DNA of 50,700 bases, the filler included, from Bipalium vagum (lineage: Eukaryota), in assembly GCA_037834085.1 (NCBI GenBank). It is 3 parts of 3 records of this genome, joined end to end, with 100 filler letters (N's around TTAATTAATTAA, not from the genome) between each part and the next. Parts side by side here need not be neighbours in the genome. Positions count along the whole stretch, not along the records: positions 1 to 16,790 come from JBBMKC010093904.1; positions 16,891 to 32,590 come from JBBMKC010150923.1; 1 more part is not named here. The stretch is one strand, 5' to 3'. The translations under genes and the position numbers were made by a program. Under the pieces are notes generated by a model. That model was not told the DNA's origin, searched no databases, and saw only the letters and a list, made by a program, of their open reading frames with translations. Shown here one piece after another: positions 15,101 to 27,299 of this stretch (positions are counted from its first letter, which is position 1; each line of letters opens with the position of its first letter).

Positions 15101-16008
15101 GGATTTTGGCTGCAGATTTCTTTTCACTAAGACTTTTTTTCTTTAATGATTGAAGGTTACATTTACATACTGGTCATGATATTCGTTATTGTAATATAAA
15201 TTCCAATATGTAGAATGAAATTTTCTTTTGCCTTCTCTTACACGTTATTTTATTTAGGAAAATGTCTTTTATCGAATCACACTTCGCAAAAGAAACCCTA
15301 AACAAAACTACGAACTTCAGGATATCAGTTTCAATTACGTTCTTGGAAAAGGTATATTGAACATTGATTTTATTTAATAAGAAATATTTAACAGGAATAA
15401 AAATTATTTCTTTTATAATTGATTTATAAAAAATTTTCCAACAATAATGTTGAGTAATATATTCTTTAATCGAACGCTATCTGACCATTTCACTAATTGT
15501 TAAGTTCCTATTCTTATTCTTAGAGACTCATCTACAATGTTAATACATAACTGCTTATGTTAAGTTGGCATAAAAGGAATTCGGGTTTTGTCCGTCTATT
15601 AATTTAGAAATGCATTGATGAAACAAATGTCTTTAAATCTCATTCATTATTTATCAATCCTGGTGCCATTTTTGTAATACTCTGAAATGTTATTGTTATC
15701 ATTATTAATCCTTTTTGAAAATGAACTTATTATTGGAACTTTATTATAAAATATTATTAAGATATTTTATTTTCCGATATTGATAAATAGTTTTAAAAAC
15801 GTTGGAAAACGTTAGAAATGGTCGATAAATATCACAATAAATGTCTGATCGTAATTTCATTATTAAAATATCTAAATAAATCTTTTAATAATAAAAAGAA
15901 AGTTTTCCCCAAACACAATTAATGATAAGACTTTTTTAGATTCTGTGGATATTTTAGCTAGAGAATTAGTTGAAGCCGACTTATTGGATGGATGCGACTT
16001 GTTGTTGG
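147..16008 (+). CDS. OXSR1: OSR1/SPAK (OXSR1/STK39, fray-like) STE20/GCK-VI Ser/Thr kinase, partial (5' exons upstream of window, last exon not found)
   Basis: Phase-consistent GT-AG exons at 147-324, 376-477, 3439-3624, 3675-3770, 8823-8921, 15258-15351 and 15940-16008. Kinase motifs: [71 protein letters not shown]. Then SGEWNF and a CCT/PF2 domain (YRITLRKRN...[33 protein letters not shown]) diagnostic of OSR1/SPAK. Confidence 0.93.
550..2950 (-). mobile_element. Heavily decayed non-LTR retrotransposon (RT plus probable REL endonuclease) in kinase intron
   Basis: Minus-strand remnants in RT order: [13 protein letters not shown] (FxDxxKAFD-like, ORF 2060-2242), FDDIII (YADD-like, ~1895), LIKALTGI (~1530), a Cys-containing MCK..ETE segment (~1110) and KLNKKEKEK (REL-like, ~880). 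Many stops; boundaries approximate. Confidence 0.5.
4450..6350 (+). mobile_element. Decayed REL-type (NeSL/R2/R4-like) non-LTR retrotransposon
   Basis: ILQGD (4981-4995), EYLG (~5165), then the REL endonuclease pattern FKPD...SFE...KKYKP...RAIG (6020-6220). Frameshifted and stop-ridden. Confidence 0.55.
6455..7275 (+). mobile_element. ITmD37E (DD37E) Tc1/mariner-superfamily transposase remnant
   Basis: [25 protein letters not shown] (ORF 6872-7063), [28 protein letters not shown]-like start taacgggtgt at ~6456. Confidence 0.8.
7290..7920 (+). mobile_element. rosa/DD41D-like Tc1/mariner transposase remnant (C-terminal half)
   Basis: [63 protein letters not shown]-like end tttgacaccttgt at ~7907-7919. 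Confidence 0.8.
9050..9900 (+). mobile_element. Possible decayed R4/RTE-like LINE fragment
   Basis: [17 protein letters not shown] resembles RLYxxRxxGGRGL, and [13 protein letters not shown] resembles GxLxxETEGFI. Weak match. Confidence 0.3.
10279..10302. repeat. (TAA)n microsatellite
   Basis: About 8 perfect TAA units. Confidence 0.8.
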
Positions 16009-16602
16009 GTTAGTCATTTTTCTATTTTTAATAATAAGGACTACTGAATTAATTTTTAGTCTTTGTTTGCAAAAAAATGTGAATTGTTATATATCAATTG
16101 TTTTAAATTAATGGTTTCATGATAATTACAAAGGATATTGCTACTGACCTTTATTGAGATGATGTGGTGGAGGAAGAATAGAATTGAAAATTGAGACTAG
16201 TGGGTTAATGTCATACTACTGTGACGCTTTTTGATCCCATATAGATAATAGCTAATGGAAATTTTAATCCAATCACAAACCTTTTTATCATTCCTTATAC
16301 ATGGAGTATATAAAATAGATCATTTGACTTGATATTCTCTTCAGTTTAATTTTTTGCCAATGAAATTTTGTTTTGTGATTGTTAATTATGTTTTGAAGAA
16401 CTTTTATTTATTATAAAAAATATTTATTATGTACTTAATTATTTAATTTCGAAAATAATATTTGGAACATAATAATTATTTCATTTGACATTGATTTTTT
16501 ATATTATTTGTGTATTCCATATGTAATATCTGAATAACTATTGATATATTTAATCAATACTTTTAAATTACATATAATACTTTCAATCTTTGGTTTTTAG
16601 AA

Positions 16603-16790
16603 TTACAGTTTAGTCCGGATATTACGAATCGCCTATTGCCACAAAAAAAAATCGTAATATCCGATTTTTCGGATTAACCGATTTACTGGTTCTTTTCCTA
16701 TTACGTAAATGAAAACTTTTTCTTTGTATAATAAAAAAAAGCTACAGAATTAAGACATTTTAGTTATTATCAACATTAAAATAGTGGTCC
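16603..16790 (+). mobile_element. pogo/Tigger-like element left end, truncated by gap
   Basis: TA-CAGTTTAGTCCGGATATTACGA with the internal inverted copy TCGTAATATCCGA, typical of pogo/Tigger TIR structure. Confidence 0.45.
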
Positions 16791-16890
16791 NNNNNNNNNN
16801 NNNNNNNNNNNNNNNNNNNNNNNNNNNNNNNNNNTTAATTAATTAANNNNNNNNNNNNNNNNNNNNNNNNNNNNNNNNNNNNNNNNNNNN
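16791..16890. other. Assembly gap containing artificial TTAATTAATTAA six-frame-stop spacer
   Basis: N44-TTAATTAATTAA-N44; spacer at 16835-16846. Confidence 0.95.
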
Positions 16891-17093
16891 CATGTAATTA
16901 ATGCCTGTAGTCGGTTCCGATCCCGTTTGGAGGCCGTCATCGAAGCTAAAGGAGAATGGATTGAGTGTCATTGAAGATAAACCTGTAAATTTTGAAACCT
17001 ATAAATAAATTTTTATAATTGTCTTGATCATTACTAAAATATATTCGGCTTTTGTTTTACTGATAATTTTCCCGATTTAAATGGCGCACCCTG
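16891..17093 (+). mobile_element. 3' end of a relatively intact DD37D (maT)-like Tc1/mariner element
   Basis: HVINACSRFRSRLEAVIEAKGEWIE, then a TIR ending ...GGCGCACCCTG followed by TA. Confidence 0.8.
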
Positions 17094-17659
17094 TATTAAA
17101 AAAAGAAAATCAGTTATTAATTTAATTTGAAATTGAAATATTTCTTATAATATTTTTAACTTTTTATTATTCTAAGCTTTTGTATTGCAAGTTATATTAT
17201 TTGCATTAGTGATTAAAATTAAAAATTCTCATGGTCTGATACATTCTTTATGTAATTTTGAACTTAAAAAGTTATGTTAAGAAGGAAATCATTGAAAATA
17301 TCAAGTCTTTTGATAATATCATGCACTTAATTTAATAGTTCATTATTCCAAAATTTTTATGGAAAAGGATAAACTTGATAGCTTATACCAATGTGAGGGT
17401 ATGACACATTAATTAAATGCAGTGTTAGAATTTTAATATTTGTATAACACAGTATAATAATAATACTTGTATCATATAATATTATACAGTATAGTACAAA
17501 TATTTATCATAACAGATATTTTCGAAAAATAAAAGTAATAAATTAAAAACATTATAAATAAAACAGACAAAATAGATAATTAACCAATTAGTGCACAAAA
17601 GTTGATAAAAACAAGTAATAGATTAAGAGGAAAGTATTTTCACTCATAAAAATCTTGTA

Positions 17660-18330
17660 ATTAGTTAAAATAATCACCACTGGCATCAATGACACTTTGT
17701 GAACGTTCAGAGATAATTATTACTATATTTAAAAAGATTCCGAATCACTGTATTCAACATATGGTAGGTTATGAAAGGTCCTATTCTTCAAATTTTATTT
17801 AAAAATGACTAAACATTAAGCATACCCCTAACATATTTTTTAGTTTATAATTATTGCGTGGTCATATCATTTAGATAATATGACCAAAACTTATTGATTA
17901 TGTCCTTATTATTTGAGTTGGTCATATTATTTGGTAATATCCGTTAGTAACATAATTTACAACCATTTCGTTATAACTAAAATTTTAAGGCCAGAATCTA
18001 TTGGCATTATAATGAATGGATCATTGTGATCAGTGTTTGACCATTTTTTGTTGCGGACAGAATTATTAATAATTATTAATTATAATTTATATTAATTTTA
18101 AATTCGGTATAAATGTATTGAATGAAGACGGACAATTCCATCTTTATAAGAATAATTAGAACATAACAATATTAAGAACATAATTAATTTCCAGGCTTTT
18201 CTAAAGTGTTTCTAAAAACATAGAGTAGAGTCAAATTCAATAGTTTTAGTAATAGTTTAATGAGTTTCATTTGTCTCTTTCAATCAATACTTTTCTTCGA
18301 ATGTAAAAACTGTAATTATTTTTAATTTTA
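17660..18330 (-). mobile_element. mariner transposase remnant
   Basis: C-terminal SERSQSVIDASGDYFN* (~17665-17710) and degenerate upstream fragments. Confidence 0.55.
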
Positions 18331-18407
18331 TATTAATATGATATAATATCTAAGCACATTATTCAGAATTCGTTTATAAATCTAAAGCTTATATTTATTT
18401 CCTAAAA

Positions 18408-18982
18408 TAACGGGTGAACAGTAAAAATCAACCATACTTAAAAATTTATTTTTCTGTTGAACATTAATAGGTTCAGTAAAAATCAATATACTATCATATC
18501 ATTATTTTTATTATAATATATAATATATTATTATATCATTATACAGCTAAGCAAAATATCTACAAAACTGTTATTTTTAATTTTCAATCACACTAAATCT
18601 GCGAATACAGTCGAGTTTTCTTTTCCTCAAAATCTCTGCTATCCTACTTAAATCAGTTTGACGATCTGCTCTTATTCCATTCTCATAGGGTTGGCAAGTA
18701 TCATCAATTGTTTTTCTGGCATTCCAATAAGGAAAAGAGTCAAAGTCAACCTTTTACCAACTTGACCGTTTTCTGTATTGAATTTATACACACGATTTTG
18801 ATATATAACTTCTTTTAAAGCCATTTTTGTAACTTGTATAACTAAATTTAAATTACTGAAATATTGATTTAAAAAATCGAAAAATTATATCTACAATATT
18901 GTAAAATATTTACCAATACTAATTGTGGTGCTTAAATGGCGAACATTTGAAATACGTGGGAAATTTTATTGCTTACCCGTTA
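18408..18982 (-). mobile_element. Internally deleted ITmD37E-like element with both TIRs
   Basis: TAACGGGTGAACAGTAAAA at 18408 pairs with the reverse complement of TTTTATTGCTTACCCGTTA ending at 18982. Minus-strand N-terminal transposase remnant MALKEVIYQNRVYKF... Confidence 0.7.
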
Positions 18983-19576
18983 AATGTCTTTTTTACATAA
19001 AGTTTTTGAAACTGCAGTGTACTTGAAAAATACGTAGTAAATATATATTTCCTTTTGTCGAATAAACATGTTGGCACAAAAACATTTATAAACGGAATTT
19101 TTATCTAAAATATCTTTATTGTAAAATAAATTAAACAAGTATCAAAATCAAAAAATAAAGACTCTTAATTTTAGCGCAGTGAAATTTTCGAAATTCATAA
19201 ATTTCTAATTATATTATCGAATTTCACTTTTTATCAGTAATAAAATGAAAAAAATGAAAAATGATAATTTCAAAATTCTAAATTAAATATATTTTTAAGG
19301 ATTCATATTACAAAAATTTTATTAAAATTTAAAAAATTTTTATAATTACTGAAAAAGGTTTTTTAATTTAATTTTAAAATTATTTATTTTTGAATATTTA
19401 AAAAGAAATCATAATGTCTTAAAATACAATTGAATTTGTGCTACTAAAAGTTCGAATACTGATAATTTAATATAAATTGTTTTATTGTTATTAATCAATA
19501 AAAATCATTAATAACTTATTTCGTTTTTTAAATTGAAATTATTAGTCTTCTAAGGAGTTAACATGGAACCATATTA

Positions 19577-20265
19577 CCAGATTTTCCCGAAAAATAAGCT
19601 TCTGGATTATTTTTGCAAAATCAAACTTTTTTTAAGAAAAATAATTTTCCAAAAATATGTCTACCTTAAAAGAAGCTCCGGGCTTATTTCCAAGGGTACC
19701 TAATAAAAAAATTTTCTTTCAATAATCTGTACTAAATATATAAAATAGTTTAGAATAAAAATGATAAAAATAAATCTATTTTGAAAACATTAATATAGAT
19801 ATTAAAAGTGCACAAAGATACATAAAGCTCTAGATGTTATTAGCTCTTATATTATTGCTCATTTTTAATTTTTCTCAAGCATTTAATTTAAACATTTCTG
19901 TATAAGACTTTCTTTGGATAGTAATATTTGAGTTTTTTTGCATTGAAAACGGTATTAAAATAAAAATATTGAAATTCTTACTTAATCAATTCAACGATTA
20001 TAATATATTTTAGACTAATTAATTAATTCTAAATTAGGTACCAAAATAGGTGATTTTTAACCAAGACTTTTATGATTCTTGAATTGTAAAATTTTGCATG
20101 AAATATAATATTAAAATTCTTAATCTATTAACAAAATGTTGAAAAAGCGATTTTATCACAAAGCAAAAATCTTAAAAAACTAAAATTATTTTTCCAAAAA
20201 TAAGCCCACCCGAAAAAAAATCTATGGTCCTATTTTCGAATTGGCTTATTTTCTGGGAAATCCAG
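19577..20265. mobile_element. Non-autonomous pogo/Tc2-like DNA transposon (MITE) with TIRs and TA TSD
   Basis: Left TA|CCAGATTTTCCCGAAAAATAAGC versus right GCTTATTTTCTGGGAAATCCAG|TA; internal subterminal AAAATAAGC / GCTTATTT repeats. Confidence 0.75.
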
Positions 20266-21729
20266 TAAGATTTTTTAAAAATCATGATGTAAATTTATAT
20301 TAAAGAAAAGAAATCCCTGCGATGTGAATCTATATAAGGACTTAAAATGAATTTTTGTAGAAGATTAAAACTCATTTCAAAAGACGTATTGACAACAGCA
20401 ATCTTTAAGAATGATTAATAAGCCGAAAGAGTTACTATCTTTATAAAAATCCGGGATTTATTAATAATAATCAAATTTCGAAGGTAAAGGACGATTAGTT
20501 TTTATAAAGTTAAATGAAACATTTACCAGCAATGATTCCTATGTTTACAGAAAACCTTATCCTATTTCAATTACAGATACTACATAATTCAATCTGATTC
20601 AATCAAAGATTAAGAAGTAATTTTCTATAAAAATACAATAGTTTTTACGGAACTCATGGAAGATTAAGGTATAAGTTGAAAAATTAAAAATAAAAAATAC
20701 TTGCATTTCATGTACCAGTTAGACTCGTCACGAATAGTATCATTAGTTAAAGTTAAATTAAAGAAAAGAAATATTTTATTGGTTTATATATTATTTAATC
20801 ATATTAGCGCTGGACTAAAACAGTTACGTAGAACACTGTGACTCAAAGTCACATATTGTTTGTCACACACATGTATAATGTTTAGGTCATTTATTATGTA
20901 AAAAGAAATATTAATGATGAAATATAAAAAAAATTGTAGGTTTTGTAGCTATTGGAACAAGATTTGTGACTCCAAGTCCCACAAATTAATGATAATAGAT
21001 TTAATAATTAATAAAATATCGCTATTTTTTATTTAATTCCAAAGAATAGTAATACTCAATCAAAATAATAAATTATAAGAAGTTATTACTCTTGAAATGA
21101 TTGGGATAAAATAAGAAATCATTTGAACAGATCAGAAAATAAAATTTTATTTTACTAAACGTATTCTTGATCCAGTTCTGATAGTTCAAATCATATTAAT
21201 CGGTTGATCGCAATTCACTGACGATCTCCTCATAATCTTTGAGATCTGACCATAAAGGGGAATTCTCACATTTTATCAATAATGTGACAAATTTATGTTA
21301 GCATTTTATATTGTAGACAATAAAGATTCAGTCTAAATCAACTGTTTTGTTGTTTAATTTCAATCACAACTTTTCGTTTCCATAGGAACGGTTTTCTGAT
21401 TTTCCGTAAATCAGGAAACTTGAAAATTAATGATGGAGAATATTTTTTCCGATATGTTTGGAAAAATTAGATTTTATTTAAAAAATAAATAATTCCTCCA
21501 TTTTTTCTACGATTTAAAATAATATATTAAAATCATTTTAATTAACAATATATATAAATTCCTCAATTTAATAAATAAAAATTAATAATATATTTCACTA
21601 TGATACAATTGATATTTGTGATATTCTAAAATAAAATATGATTGGAATATATATTAATATTTAAGAAAATATAATATTTGAAAGAATATTAAAAAAAAAT
21701 AAATAAAATGTAATTTTGCAAAAATATAA

Positions 21730-22452
21730 TTTCCAGAAAAAATATAAATTCAAATATCACATTTCTTTCAGCAAAGGAAACACTATGTACTTGTTTCCGA
21801 TGTATTTTTGGCTTTGAAAGCTTATTTTATAAAAAAAAAGAATTAGATTTTGTTCATTTGATCCGGAAATGGAATTTTATTAGCAGTTTTATATATGTTT
21901 TCAAAAATTTATTTATTCTAGATATACTGTAATATTATTATTTTTTATTTTTCCACAAGTTTTACTCTTCATTTTCCGTTTTGTTATGTGACCAAAATTA
22001 ATAATTATTTTTTTTTGGATTTTTTATGGAATGTGTAATTCCCGTTTCTTCAATATTGATTTTATTTTATCACATTTAATTCTTTATGCACTTTTCTATC
22101 GGAATGGATCAGGAATGATAAAAAACGTTTTTGCCTTTCATTGAGGAAAATAATTATTTTTGATTAAAAGCCTCTAAATTGATAAAAAGAATTATTATAT
22201 TTTTTCTTTCCGAAAATCTTTTTATCTTCTAATTTAATTTATCATATGTTATTGAAAATATTTCGGAAATGTTATTCTCAGTGGATAATTTTCATCTTTT
22301 TTTAATATTTGAGTAAAATCTTTTTCAAATATATTTCTTGGAAGATTTTCCAAACATAATAAAGTTAAATTTTCAATAAAATCGTGGTAATCTTTTAAAA
22401 AATATTATAGACATGGATATGAGAGAGTGACTTTTCCTTTTACCGGTATGAG
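21730..22452 (-). mobile_element. Penelope-like retroelement remnant (post-RT linker plus GIY-YIG endonuclease)
   Basis: Ordered degenerate motifs ENYPLRI (NxYP), IKCDKIKSILKK, NNNITVY (NVVY) and KTYI...FRIK (YIGxT...RxxEH). Confidence 0.4.
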
Positions 22453-22580
22453 NNNNNNNNNNNNNNNNNNNNNNNNNNNNNNNNNNNNNNNNNNNNNNNN
22501 NNNNNNNNNNNNNNNNNNNNNNNNNNNNNNNNNNNNNNNNNNNNNNNNNNNNNNNNNNNNNNNNNNNNNNNNNNNNNNNN
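22453..22580. other. Assembly gap (128 N)
   Basis: Run of N. Confidence 0.98.
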
Positions 22581-22599
22581 TCAGCTTAAATAAACTGTA

Positions 22600-23200
22600 T
22601 TTTAGCTTTATTTCAATAAAAGCTTTTCGTTATCAGTAATTTTTTTTCACACACAGAACAGAATTTACTCCGTTAATTTTCGGTTTTTGAGTCAGAAGTT
22701 TTTTTCACCAGGACTTAACCACTACCGTATCCACTATTCATCCGACATAAGGATTGTTTCTTCGAACGCACTTTTGAGCAATAACATTTGGCTCAGGCTA
22801 AAACATAATACAATTTTTCAAGACTAAGTTGATGTGAGAACTATTTGCATCATTTATAAATTTTGCCAATTGAATGTAAATGATTTGATATGGCCGAGTG
22901 AATCTCTCAGTAAGTCCTCGATTAGTTTGTCGAGTATCTGTTTCGGAAACTTTTATTAAAGTCATCATCATCATCTACCGTTTGAGAATTTTGTCTATAC
23001 TGATCTTCTTTCAAATCTATATTTCCATTTTTTAATCGTTGAAATCATCTGCATTGACCAATAGTAATATCACACAAACATCACAAATTGTTCTGTATAA
23101 TTTTGCAGCAGTCTTTCCATGTTTAAAATCATTCCATATATAAATACAAATTTTGTATTTTAAGTCAACTATATTTTTAAGCTAACGTTCCACTAAAAAT
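22600..23200 (-). mobile_element. mariner (SETMAR/HTH_48-type) remnant, N-terminal half
   Basis: IYIWNDFKHGKTAAKLYRTICDV..., AISNHLHSIGK. Clearly related to the copy at 26660-27075. Confidence 0.75.
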
Positions 23201-23639
23201 GAATGAAATGAAAGGTAATATTAGTGCAATATTTTAAGTGAGACAAATATAATACATAATATATAATAATAAAATATAATATACTTAATAAAATTTAAAA
23301 TCGTGGTTCATACAATAATAAGTGTTATTTATAATAATATTATTATTTATGCACCCACGAAAAAGGAGTCAAATAAATAAAAGTTCACATCTCAAACAAG
23401 AGAATTACCTAGTCTCGGTTTTTTCTTGAAAAAATTTTTTTAAATTTTTGAGTAGTTATTAAGAAATTGATTTGTCAATAAAGGCAACTTGGTAAGAAAA
23501 ATGTGATGTTTTTTTCTGTTTGAAAAATGTACTAAAATTCTAAATAGTTCAACAGATCTCTTTAGTCTGGATACGAATGATGTGAAATCTTAATTAAATA
23601 ATTTTTATTTATATTTTTCATTAAAAGTCGAAATTTGAT

Positions 23640-24240
23640 TTGAAAAAATATTGTTCTGAAGAAAGTGTATAATTTATTTTTTTTGACCAGTTTATGCTGG
23701 TTTACTAACTTCCACTTTAATTGCTTTTGTATTTTTGAATTGTTTTTTCGAAAATTATGATAGTTTGTAGCAGAAATAACAGGGGAATATGGTGGATGTG
23801 CCAGAATTTTCCAATATAATGCTTCAATTTTCTCTAGGCTTTTGCATTATCGTGTAAAATTCTTTGCTATCAATAACATTTGTTTATTATCAAATTCCGA
23901 TTTCCTAGGAACTGATGGTTCAGGTTCATTGGTTGAAAGCCAGGCACGGAGTCAATCTTTTGATTATCACCCTAATTTATCCTTTAAATTTTGGTAAACG
24001 GTTGACTGTGGAATTGAAAGTCTTTGAGACACAGGATAAGTGCGTGTATGCCAAGTTTCTGTCAAAATCTGTTTGACCTGCTCGATTTGAATATTTTTTC
24101 TTCAGTATTTGTTCTGTGATCACTTCGCTTATCCGTTACGAAAAGTTGGCCTTTCCTGGAGCTTATGAAATATTTTTCGATAGTTTGTTTTAAAATGTAA
24201 CTGCAGGGAAGTAAAAGAATTCAACAGGTGGATTGAAAAA
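23640..24240 (-). mobile_element. Internally deleted mariner remnant
   Basis: VTDKRS..., QIEQVKQILTE..IPQSTVY, LHDNAK, WKILAHPPYSP..ATNYH. Confidence 0.75.
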
Positions 24241-24289
24241 AAAACTTGGAAGACATGAAAGTTCCATAAGATACCTTAGGAATAAAGAT

Positions 24290-24600
24290 AAAAAGACAAT
24301 AGTGTAGAACATAACTCAAGATTTTTGAAGATATGTCACCTTGCAACTTTTTTCTGTTCAATCGATAAAAGAAATTTAACCAGATTTTATTAGGTTAAAT
24401 CAATAAAATAAAAATCGAAAGACAAAATTATGAGCATTCCTAAAAGTGATTTTGAAAAGTGCTTTCTGAATTGAATTAAACGTTGGTACATGTGTATCGC
24501 GACGGGAGAAGAATACTTTGAAGAAGACAGAATAAATCTTGGTAATTAAATAAATATTATGTTTAATTTTGAAAGTCACCTTACTTTTTGAACGTAGCAG
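24290..24600 (+). mobile_element. mariner C-terminal remnant
   Basis: DMSPCNFFLF ... KRWYMCIATGEEYFE. Confidence 0.7.
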
Positions 24601-25516
24601 TATTTTACATAACATTAATAAGGCTTAACTAATTATCAAATCTGATAAATACCTCAAGATATTGGAGTAAATTATGTGGAGAAACCATCTATTTGATCTT
24701 GAATAGTTCTCATGAGATAATGTTTGCACTGATAATTTTTACTGATTTCAACAACTTATTTCCAATATAAACCCATTTGAAAATTGCTCGGTAATGTGTT
24801 TAAATGGATAATTATGTTATTTTCTCTCCTTCATGAAATAAAAAGATTCCATTTGAATAAGTACGTGATGGATATCCTTCTCTAGACTGAAGAAAGAATT
24901 ATAAGAGTTAATAGCAAAACGATAAATGTCCTCATCATTTTAATCTGTGATAATCAATCTCAGTAGTATTTATGCACTATCAAACTCAGTTAAGTCGGGA
25001 TAAAATGAAGTCTGGTTGCAGAATCATTTAATGTGTTTTTTGTCAAAACAACTGAAATATACGAAACATTTACAAAATTCGATAAAATATGTGGAGACAA
25101 ATGTTGAAATCTATTATTCTCAATCCGAAGTAGCTAGACAAATTATCTACAAAGGAATAACATTTCAATTCATTTTATTTATTTATATTTCTTGTACGAG
25201 AGAGACATCAGTTTTAAAAGGAATTATTATTTTCAGTAGTAATCCTTTCTGGAACGAATTCACCGTTTTTTTTCAACTTAGGTCTTCATTAGTACTGCTT
25301 CAACAATAAAAAAAAACGTTTCAGTCATTGAGAAAAAAAATATGTTCGGAAAAAACATGAAAAAAAAATTCTTTATTGACAAATATTATTTACTATTTAT
25401 AATAAATTATTAAAACGTCTCCTGTTTCCATGGACATAATTTTCGTGTATATATGCAATGGAATATTACAGATTTAAAATTAAACATAATAAAATAAATA
25501 AAAAATAATTTCCTAC

Positions 25517-25711
25517 AAAATATAAATCTCCATATGTAATAACACTGTTCTTCCTTTTGTCTAAATATTTCTAAATGACATCTTATATAAATCGTACCAG
25601 TTCTACAATTAGAGAGGCAGTTGATGTGCCATTGGAATAAAATCCAAAGACTGTTTTTGATAAAAGTGACTGATTTCCTGGATATATATTGTTATATGGA
25701 AACAATGCCAT
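25517..25711 (-). CDS. Orphan spliced exons of an unidentified gene (possible TOPOVIBL N-terminal-like segment)
   Basis: Exons 25677-25598 and 25560-25517 are joined by a canonical 37-nt GT-AG intron. One frame reads KSVTFIKNSLWILFQWHINCLSNCRTDKRKNSVITYGDLYF; another reads MALFPYNNIYPGNQSLLSKTVFGFYSNGTSTASLIVEL-TKGRTVLLHMEIYI. Frame unresolved. Confidence 0.4.
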
Positions 25712-26059
25712 TCAGAAAAATGACTGCTTTTATTTATCAAAATGACTTTTAGCAGAAATCTTTTCAATTTTTAAAATAAAAATAAAATATAAGAATAAAT
25801 ATAATAATAAAAATTATAACTATATATATAAAAATGCAAATTCTGAATGGTTTTAATTATTGATTAATAAAATAGTAAAATAATTATTTTTTTCAAATAA
25901 AATTATAAATTTCAATTAATAAATAATAATATGTAGGAGATGAAGCTTAATTTTTTTCACTTTAATTTTTATTATTTATTATTTTTGCTTTGTGTTGGAA
26001 TGGGAAAATTTGGTTTAGAAAAATTTAAGATTTACATTTGTATAATGTTATAAAAATAT

Positions 26060-26460
26060 AATTTTCCAGGATATTTAATTTTTTCATGTCCATCCGCCTT
26101 AACTTCATAATCATTACATCATATCACCTGATTACAACATTTTTCTGGTGTTCTATCTCTGTTCATTCATATCATCTTACAAGTTGTACTGATACGATGG
26201 TGTCCACATTCACCGACTCATGTGGCCGCAAAGTTTGGTTCTTCTTCATTTTCATCTTCAGCTTACTTACCAATGTCTTTGAAACACCTGCAATACATTC
26301 ATTTTCTCGCATTGGTTTTTGAAGTGTGATTCAACAATGTTTTTATTTCTGAAATTCTTTCACTAGAAATATCCATTGCTCAGCCATTCAAAAATACTTT
26401 TAAAGTATAATAAAAGCGCGTAAAAAATATTTTTAAATAAAATAAATAACACCCTAATAT
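26060..26460 (-). mobile_element. Tc1 (DD34E-type) transposase N-terminal remnant
   Basis: MDISSEK...IAGVSKTLVSKLK...VGECGHHRISTT, matching the HTH plus GRPR-like linker GxCGRKRxTT. Confidence 0.6.
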
Positions 26461-26659
26461 CAAATAATTTAATCAATCATTGAATTCTAATTGGTTTAGA
26501 TTAAAAATTAATATTCTATTTCCATTCTGGTGGCTTCCAAAAACTGATAAGAAAATAAAAATAAAAGTGAAGGAAACATAACATTTAAAAATTAATTTCT
26601 TACTAAAAGAGTTTTGATTTTGATTAGGGAGATTAAGGATTGTTTCAACGAAACCTAAT

Positions 26660-27075
26660 AACATTTTTCCAGACTAAGTTGGTGAGAAGACTATTTGCAT
26701 CATCTATAAATTTTGCCAACTGAATGTAAATGATTTGATATGGCTGAGTAGGTACATATGAACCTCTCAGTAAGTTCTCGAGTAGTTTGTCGAATACCTG
26801 TCTCGAAAAATTACTTTTAAGTAATCATCATCTATCGTTTGAGATTTCCACTTTTAAATCATTGGAATCATCTCATGCATTGAATATTGAATTGTATATA
26901 CAGACACACACATCGCACATTGGTCGGTATGATTTTGCGGCAGTCTTTCCTTGTTTAAAATCATTCCACATATAAATGCTAATTTTTAATTTTTAATCAT
27001 CCATATTTCTAACTTTATGTTCCACTAAAAATGAAAGATCCTTAGTATCCCCAATAATTTGGCAACCTGCTGTAT
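26660..27075 (-). mobile_element. mariner N-terminal remnant (same family as 22600-23200)
   Basis: IYMWNDFKQGKTAAKSYR..., RQTTRELTERF, AISNHLHSVGK, HQLS. Confidence 0.75.
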
Positions 27076-27299
27076 TTGTAATACCGGTCTTCTATAAAAA
27101 CGTATTAAATCATTAAAATTATAAAACTCTAAAGTCAAATCCATTTCAAAGATGAATTTGTTTTCGTTTTCCCAGATTTATTAAATGACAGACGAGAAAA
27201 TTAAAGTATGATAATTGATGTGTAATTAATGAAATTTGTTACTTATTTTACTAATGAAAAAAAATAAAATAAAAATTTCTCAAAATGTGAGAATGCCAA

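Noticed and set aside
16835-16846. TTAATTAATTAA palindrome as a biological site
   Set aside because: It is centred in N runs and repeated identically at 32635; this is an artificial six-frame-stop spacer.
22427-22639. 70-aa ORF
   Set aside because: Spans an N gap; artefact.
23400-23592. Minus-strand FRILVH...HFSYQVA resembling a TOPOVIBL GHKL segment
   Set aside because: Requires a frameshift and ends in a stop; similarity is within what AT-rich sequence can give by chance.
25016-25309. 97-aa plus-strand ORF
   Set aside because: Non-ATG start, no recognisable motif and no convincing splice context.
25598-25711. FGFYSNG similarity to the GPR107/108 luminal domain
   Set aside because: Only a 7-residue match; no signal peptide or 7TM exons found.
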